This document shows, piece after piece, positions 58,335-64,000 of a stretch of DNA of 64,000 bases. Origin of the DNA: Actinomycetales bacterium (GTDB lineage Bacteria; Actinomycetota; Actinomycetes; Actinomycetales; Micrococcaceae). The position numbers and the translations under genes were made by a program. The stretch spans positions 5,749 through 69,748 of the forward strand of contig JBBPZC010000151.1 in the NCBI GenBank assembly GCA_038199275.1, written 5' to 3'. The notes under the pieces are model-generated. The model had not been told where the DNA came from. It saw only the letters and a list, made by a program, of their open reading frames with translations, and did not search any database. Numbering within the stretch: position 1 is the stretch's first letter; the number at the start of each line of letters is the position of its first letter.

Positions 58335-59892
58335 GCTGAGAATTCACCAGCATCTTGGGAAACAGGCCGGAGCCGATGGACGCGCTGGTCGCCGGACCAA
58401 GGTACGGACGAAGCATAGCGCCTCGGATGCCCAACCATCAGTGAACAAGCGAGTTGCCAGAAGCAACGTCCCGACTTGGTCGCAGAAATACGCTGTCAAG
58501 TTGCGCGTCAGCGATGCAATCGTCACGGCAGTGGTTGTTGCCGTCGCATATTTATCGAGGTTTGGGCTTGTTGAGGCGCAAGCTCCATCCGTTATGCAGG
58601 AAATCGGTTACCTGTGGATCTGTCTCGCCATTGTGGTCCTGTGGAACTTGGACTTGGCCTACTTTCGGTCCCGCGACAAGCGAGATTTCGGTGCAGGTGT
58701 CACAGAGTACCGGCGGGTCGTTCAGGCAACCCTTCGCACCTTCGGCGTCGTAGCGATCGTGCTGCTCGTGTTTCAGATTGAAGTTTCCCGCGGTTTTCTT
58801 GCCGTGGCACTTCCCTTGGGAATCATCCTGATGGTTGGTGAGCGATGGTTGTGGCGAGGGTGGTTAAGCCGCCAACGATTGGATGGAAAGTGCTTGTCCA
58901 ACGTTGTCGTTCTCGGAAATCCCCAGGATGTGGGGTATGTGATTAACCAACTGCGCAACAATCTGTCAACCGGGTACAAGGTTGCCGGGGCCGCGTTGAC
59001 AACGTTGCAGCCTCAGATGGAATTGCTTCCCCCCTGGTATGAGGTTCCTGTTCTGTCCACCGCCGCCGATATTGCTGAGCTTGTGAGCAAAACCGGCGCT
59101 GAGGCGGTTGTCGTGGCAGGTGTGCTGCCAGATGGCCCAAAGGCCATACAGGAACTTGGCTGGCGTTTAGAAGAGATGTCGACGGAACTGGTTTTGGCAT
59201 CCAGTCTGACAAATGTTGCCGGCCCTCGCGTACATTTCCGTCCAATGGAAGACCTGCCTCTCATGCATGTGGAGCTTCCCCAATTCTCGGGGGGAAAGCA
59301 CAATTTCAAACGGGTCATGGACATCGTTCTGGCCACGACGGCCATGACGGTTCTGTCACCTCTCTTCCTATGCTTGGCACTGGTCGTCAGAATCGACAGC
59401 CGGGGGCCCATCTTGTTTCTTCAAGAACGGATTGGCCGCAACGGAGAGAAATTCAAGATGGTCAAGTTTCGCTCCATGGTGGTTGATGCAGAAGAAAAGT
59501 TGGCGGTTCTGCAGCAGTCCAATGAGGGGGCAGGGGTCCTGTTCAAGATGACGAAAGACCCCCGAGTCACTCGGTGCGGCCGTTGGATGCGCAAATTCTC
59601 ATTGGACGAACTGCCCCAATTTTGGAATGTTCTCCAAGGGCAAATGAGTCTGGTCGGCCCCCGCCCGCCGCTGGCCCGAGAAGTCGCTGAATATCAGCAA
59701 CCGGTCCAGCGCAGGTTGCTGATCAAGCCTGGAATTACAGGACTTTGGCAAATCAATGGACGTTCCGATCTTACGTGGGATGAGGCTGTGCGCCTGGACC
59801 TGTACTACGTAGAGAACTGGTCGCTCACAGGGGACATTGTCATCCTGTGGCGCACCTTCAAGGCAGTAACGGCACCCACTGGTGCCTACTAA
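58327..59892 (+). CDS. Priming polyprenyl-phosphate glycosylphosphotransferase (WcaJ/CpsE-like sugar transferase)
   Basis: KRVMDI, KFRSM, DPRVT, SLDELPQ, MSLVGPRP, KPGITGLWQ and LDLYYVENWS motifs. Confidence 0.95.
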   Translation: MTELRIHQHLGKQAGADGRAGRRTKVRTKHSASDAQPSVNKRVARSNVPTWSQKYAVKLRVSDAIVTAVVVAVAYLSRFGLVEAQAPSVMQEIGYLWICLAIVVLWNLDLAYFRSRDKRDFGAGVTEYRRVVQATLRTFGVVAIVLLVFQIEVSRGFLAVALPLGIILMVGERWLWRGWLSRQRLDGKCLSNVVVLGNPQDVGYVINQLRNNLSTGYKVAGAALTTLQPQMELLPPWYEVPVLSTAADIAELVSKTGAEAVVVAGVLPDGPKAIQELGWRLEEMSTELVLASSLTNVAGPRVHFRPMEDLPLMHVELPQFSGGKHNFKRVMDIVLATTAMTVLSPLFLCLALVVRIDSRGPILFLQERIGRNGEKFKMVKFRSMVVDAEEKLAVLQQSNEGAGVLFKMTKDPRVTRCGRWMRKFSLDELPQFWNVLQGQMSLVGPRPPLAREVAEYQQPVQRRLLIKPGITGLWQINGRSDLTWDEAVRLDLYYVENWSLTGDIVILWRTFKAVTAPTGAY

Positions 59893-59904
59893 AAGGGGAA
59901 CGGA

Positions 59905-60357
59905 ATGAGTATAAGAATTGGATATGCAGCCGGTGCATTCGACCTCTTCCATGTAGGGCATCTGAACCTGCTTCGACAGGCGAAAGCCCACTGCGACTAT
60001 CTCATTGCCGGTGTCGTAGCAGACGAACTTCTCGTGGCAGCGAAGGGCAGAGCTCCCGTCATCCCCCTGGCTGAACGCCTGGAAATTGTCCGCAACATTG
60101 GATTCGTCGATGAAGCCATTGCCGAAGTCCTACCGAACAAGTTGGACACCTGGCGGAGGATTCCATTTGATGTCTTCTTCAAGGGGGATGACTGGAAAGG
60201 TACGGCCAAGGGATTGGCCCTAGAACGCGACTTTACGGATGTGGGGGTGGAGATTATCTACTTTCCCTACACAGTCCACACGTCCAGTACAGTGCTGCGG
60301 CGCACGTTAGAAGTAATCAATTCCGAACAAATACCACGCCAGCATGTTTCTGGCTAA
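59905..60357 (+). CDS. TagD-like (glycerol-3-phosphate) cytidylyltransferase
   Basis: GAFDLFHVGH (HxGH), KGDDW and YTVHTSST motifs. Confidence 0.9.
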   Translation: MSIRIGYAAGAFDLFHVGHLNLLRQAKAHCDYLIAGVVADELLVAAKGRAPVIPLAERLEIVRNIGFVDEAIAEVLPNKLDTWRRIPFDVFFKGDDWKGTAKGLALERDFTDVGVEIIYFPYTVHTSSTVLRRTLEVINSEQIPRQHVSG

Positions 60358-60429
60358 GCAAGTTGCAGACGCTGCGGGCTTCTCACCAGCAGTAGCAAGG
60401 TCTCACCAACAGAAGGACCGGGGATAGAT

Positions 60430-61638
60430 ATGGATCATTCAAACCAGAATCAGGTACCAATGCGGATTGCTTTGGTGGGAACCAGAGGAGTGCCGGCCCG
60501 CTACGGCGGATTTGAAACTTGTGTTGAGGAGGTGGGCCAGCGTTTGGTGTCCATGGGTCACGAGGTTGTTGTCTACTGTCGGGCAACAAAAAATGATCCA
60601 CCTGCGCTCAAGGAATATCTTGGCATGCAGCTGGTACATCTACCTGCCCCCAAAAAGCGTTCCCTTGAAACCTTGGCCCACACAGGACTTGCCGTAGCCC
60701 ATATTGTGCGTCACCGGGTCGACGCGGCCATCGTCTTCAATGCAGCCAATGCACCATGGCTTCCTGTTCTAAGGGCCGCCCGCATTCCTGTGGCGACGCA
60801 CGTGGATGGTCTTGAATGGCAACGGGCCCGTTGGGGAAAACTAGGGAGGAAGTACTATCGCGTAGCAGAGTCCCTGTCGGTCCGGCTTTCCGACGCCCTC
60901 ATCGCGGATGCAGTGGGTATTCAGGACTACTATCGTTCCGAGTTTAGTGTTGATACGACGCTCCTCACCTATGGTGCCCCAATCGTCCTTGCCGGGAAGC
61001 ACGACAAAATCGGCAGCATGGGGATCACACCTGGTGGATACCATCTTGTAGTTGCCAGATTTCTCCCAGAAAATCATGTCCACCTTATCGTTGAAGGATA
61101 CGTACGCAGCAACGCTAAACTTCCGTTGATCGTTGTGGGATCCCACCCATACAACGACGAATACACAACCCATCTGCATGCTCTTGGCGACTCCAGGGTT
61201 AGGTTTGTCGGGGGCGTATGGGACCAAGAATTGCTTGACCAACTCTATGCAAATGCCCTGATCTATTGGCATGGACATTCTGTTGGAGGCACCAATCCCT
61301 CCTTGTTAAGGGCGTTGGGGGCGGGGGCCGCCACCAACGCCTTTGACGTTGGATTCAATCGAGAGGTTCTCGGAGATGCCGGCGAATATTTTTCAGATGC
61401 GGCGGACATTCCGCATTTAGTCGATCGGGCAGAAAACGACGTGGTTAGTGTCTTGGCTCGTGCGACTGCTTCTGTTGAGCGGGCAAGAATGTACACATGG
61501 GACGATGTCGCAGCAGGATACGAGACCCTTTGCAGCGGTCTCACCTCCGGAGCACTACGGCGCACACCTAAGAATGGTCGACGTCGTACAAAAGACTCAG
61601 TGCTTTCCTACGGCCACTTTGCCAAGGCAGAATCATGA
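60430..61638 (+). CDS. GT4 glycosyltransferase (DUF1972-type)
   Basis: GTRGVPARYGGFET, DGLEWQRARW and HGHSVGGTNPSLL motifs. Confidence 0.9.
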   Translation: MDHSNQNQVPMRIALVGTRGVPARYGGFETCVEEVGQRLVSMGHEVVVYCRATKNDPPALKEYLGMQLVHLPAPKKRSLETLAHTGLAVAHIVRHRVDAAIVFNAANAPWLPVLRAARIPVATHVDGLEWQRARWGKLGRKYYRVAESLSVRLSDALIADAVGIQDYYRSEFSVDTTLLTYGAPIVLAGKHDKIGSMGITPGGYHLVVARFLPENHVHLIVEGYVRSNAKLPLIVVGSHPYNDEYTTHLHALGDSRVRFVGGVWDQELLDQLYANALIYWHGHSVGGTNPSLLRALGAGAATNAFDVGFNREVLGDAGEYFSDAADIPHLVDRAENDVVSVLARATASVERARMYTWDDVAAGYETLCSGLTSGALRRTPKNGRRRTKDSVLSYGHFAKAES

Positions 61639-62441
61639 GTGCGGCCGTGAACGCCGACAGGGCAAAAACCTCTCATCGTGCAGAAAGTTACAGGCTGACC
61701 GTCCGTGGCATGGCCGCTGCCCAAAAAACAGCCGGGATCCATGCCCCGGCCTATTCGCGTTTTGTGAATCGCAGGCTGGGGCGTCTCATAGGTGCCTGGG
61801 CCTTTCGGGCAGGGCTGACGCCCGCAGCAGTCACAACCATCAGTGCGCTGCTTACCTACTCCGGCATTGCTCTGCTTGCGATACTTCCGCCGAGCACCAT
61901 GTTGGGGATTGTGGTTGGCGGTCTTCTGGTTTTGGGATATGCCTTCGATTCCGCCGACGGACAGGTTGCCAGGTACGGGGGAGGAGGCACGCCTGCCGGA
62001 GAGTGGTTGGATCATATGGCGGACGCAATTAAGATATCTGCCTTGCCGTTGTTCATGCTCATCGGCTTTTACAGATTTGAAGTTTCCCCAGTTTGGTGGC
62101 TCCTGGTTCCGTTGACAGGAGCCATAGTTGGTGCCGCGCTGTTCTTTGGCATGATCCTAACCGAGCAACTTCGTCGGCAACTCTCGAAGGACATGCCGAC
62201 TGCTGAATCCCAAAGAGGAGGTTTGGCATGGGTTCGATCTGTCATGGTTCTTCCGATGGATTACGGGGTGCTTTGTTTGTCATTTTTCTTGTTGGGTAAC
62301 ATTTCAATATTTCTCGTGACATACACGGTTATCACCCTTGCCACAGCAGGCTTCTTTGTTTTGGCTTCGGTGAAGTGGTACGGGCAACTCAAAGCCGTTG
62401 CGACTGGTCACCTGGAACATACTGCTGGGATGAGGAAGTGA
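61635..62441 (+). CDS. CDP-alcohol phosphotransferase family membrane protein
   Basis: DSADGQVAR......GEWLDHMAD matches DxxDGxxAR-x-GxxxDxxxD. ATGA overlap. Confidence 0.92.
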   Translation: MSAAVNADRAKTSHRAESYRLTVRGMAAAQKTAGIHAPAYSRFVNRRLGRLIGAWAFRAGLTPAAVTTISALLTYSGIALLAILPPSTMLGIVVGGLLVLGYAFDSADGQVARYGGGGTPAGEWLDHMADAIKISALPLFMLIGFYRFEVSPVWWLLVPLTGAIVGAALFFGMILTEQLRRQLSKDMPTAESQRGGLAWVRSVMVLPMDYGVLCLSFFLLGNISIFLVTYTVITLATAGFFVLASVKWYGQLKAVATGHLEHTAGMRK

Positions 62442-62443
62442 AC

Positions 62444-63163
62444 ATGGAACCACGGCACCATGCATCCCGCGTTGGATTCCCAACGCGACGCATCTGGATC
62501 ATTCTTGCGGTATCCATTGCTCTTGTTGTTTTAGTCACCGCATTTATTCTTGCGACCAAACCTGGTGGGGGCGCTGTCGCAGGGACCACCCCTGGGGGGC
62601 CGCTGCCAACGGGTTCCGCGTCTGCGTCTGTGGTGCCGTCGTCAAGAAACGATGGTGCGCCGGATACTCCCAAACCATCGCCAGCGGTTGTCGAAGACGG
62701 TACCCCTGTACCTATGGATAGTGCAAAGTTGGCAACGGTCGACCAACCGAGCTCTAAACCTGTCGAACCGGGCCAATCAGTTCCAGCGTCGACCGGCGTG
62801 AGCGTAAGTATTTCGGCCCTCGAGCCTGTCCAAGGAATTGCCCAAGGAATTGGCGAAGTATCAGGTCCATCGTTGCGATTCACAGTGACTATTAAAAACG
62901 ATGGCGACAAACCAATTAGGACCGGCGACGTAGTGGTGAATGTGAATATTGGGTCGGGAAATATTCCCGCCATTTCGGTCAGCGGACCAGGAGTCAGCGC
63001 TTTCCCAGATGATATTGCCGCCAAGGCGAGCGGTTCAGCCGTCTACGTTTTTCTTGTTCCCCAGAACCAAAGGGACATCGTACGAGTGTTTGTGAATTAT
63101 GACGTTGACTCCACCATTGCTGCATTTGAAGGTGCGGCACCGACCACAGAAGGTAAGCCATGA
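62444..63163 (+). CDS. Hypothetical membrane-anchored extracellular protein (Pro/Ser linker + beta-rich domain)
   Basis: Single N-terminal TM, PGG/PSP linker, GIGEVSGPSLRFTVTIKN. Translationally coupled on both sides. Confidence 0.7.
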   Translation: MEPRHHASRVGFPTRRIWIILAVSIALVVLVTAFILATKPGGGAVAGTTPGGPLPTGSASASVVPSSRNDGAPDTPKPSPAVVEDGTPVPMDSAKLATVDQPSSKPVEPGQSVPASTGVSVSISALEPVQGIAQGIGEVSGPSLRFTVTIKNDGDKPIRTGDVVVNVNIGSGNIPAISVSGPGVSAFPDDIAAKASGSAVYVFLVPQNQRDIVRVFVNYDVDSTIAAFEGAAPTTEGKP

Positions 63164-64000
63164 AAGTGCTACCCAGAATGGAAGTTCCAGGCCCTGGCGA
63201 AGTTAAACGCCGAGGCAGGAGGTTTGCACTAAAGTCATTTGTTGTTCTTCTAGCATCTACAATCGGCGTAGCAATGACGATTGTTACAGGTCCAGCTGCC
63301 GTATCCGACACGGCCCCTGTGAACCCGGCGACGCCAGAGACCGTCTCGGCCGATTCGCTACCAACTGTGCAAATCGACGGCATTGTGTGGCAACAAGCCA
63401 TCATAGGCGACGTTGCCTATGCCGTGGGACAATTTACCAACGCACGACCAGCCGGCTCGGCGCCGGGAACCAACACCGTTCCGCGAAGCAATATCTTGGC
63501 TTATAGTCTCACCACGGGAAATCTTATTGCTTCCTTCGCCACCAGCCTAAACGGTATGGCGAAGACCATCGTTGCTTCACCGGACGGTTCACGACTTTAC
63601 ATCGGCGGAGCATTCTCGACTGTTAACGGAATCGCTCGTACGTACGTTGCCGCGCTCAACCCAATATCCGGGGCGCTCATCACATCGTGGGCCCCCAAGG
63701 TGAATTCCCGTGTGGTATCCATTGCAGCGACTAACGACAGCGTGTATCTGGGTGGCTGGTTCAGCGGGGTCGGGTCTGTAAGCCGAACAAAGCTTGCTGC
63801 GGTTACCGCGAGTAACGCGACCTTGCTACCGTGGAACCCAGTACCAGCAGGAGGCGATGTCAACGCAATGGCGGTTTCGCCCGATGGTACAAAAGTGGTT
63901 GTTGGTGGCAGTTTTACAACCATCAATGGCTCCAGCAATCCCGGTTACGGAATGGGCGCTGTGGACACTGGCAGTGGCGCCTTGCTCCCGTGGGCCGCAA
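63160..64000 (+). CDS. Large secreted beta-propeller surface protein (PKD/LamG-type family), truncated at window edge
   Basis: Hand translation MKVLPRMEVPGPGEVKRRGRRFALKSFVVLLAS...TVSADSLPTVQIDGIVWQQ...YAVGQFT...LYIGGAFSTVNG...VVVGGSFTTING. Signal peptide and repeated GG.F blades. Not in the ORF track because it has no stop in the window. Confidence 0.75.
   Translation, partial: MKVLPRMEVPGPGEVKRRGRRFALKSFVVLLASTIGVAMTIVTGPAAVSDTAPVNPATPETVSADSLPTVQIDGIVWQQAIIGDVAYAVGQFTNARPAGSAPGTNTVPRSNILAYSLTTGNLIASFATSLNGMAKTIVASPDGSRLYIGGAFSTVNGIARTYVAALNPISGALITSWAPKVNSRVVSIAATNDSVYLGGWFSGVGSVSRTKLAAVTASNATLLPWNPVPAGGDVNAMAVSPDGTKVVVGGSFTTINGSSNPGYGMGAVDTGSGALLPWAA

Overview
High-GC actinobacterial chromosome segment, most consistent with Micrococcaceae (Arthrobacter-like). 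The core backbone is DUF5719, zincin, DUF3499, Trm112, MBL hydrolase, two L,D-transpeptidases, RDD/SpoIIM, SGNH hydrolase and TIGR01906, then pmt, rsmI, gabD, TGase-DUF58-MoxR, tatD, rpfB, rsmA, ispE, ABC-F, tRNA-Gln, glmU, prs, rplY and pth. Five accessory blocks interrupt it: (i) a ~17 kb, visibly more AT-rich general-stress/trehalose block (glgX-treY-treZ, CsbD, GlsB, GSP26-like, SDR, Zn-ADH, a heme-oxygenase-like diiron enzyme coupled to a CDGSH 2Fe-2S protein, a sugar ABC importer); (ii) a yefM-yoeB module; (iii) an apparently intact IS200/IS605 element with divergent tnpA/tnpB; (iv) an AbiEi/DUF559-type nuclease gene next to a cluster of alternating inverted repeats; (v) two tandem large ATP-binding LuxR regulators in front of a surface-glycan locus that runs off the right edge. 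The most interesting unexplained signals are the repeat cluster plus nuclease (46.8-47.9 kb), a switch-like 5' leader of rpfB, an RBS-sequestering leader of rplY, the HDO-CDGSH pair, the intact/degenerate pair of LuxR NTPases, and a readable TnpB TAM/guide. No CRISPR array or rRNA was seen. All family calls are motif recognition by eye; no database search or folding program was run.
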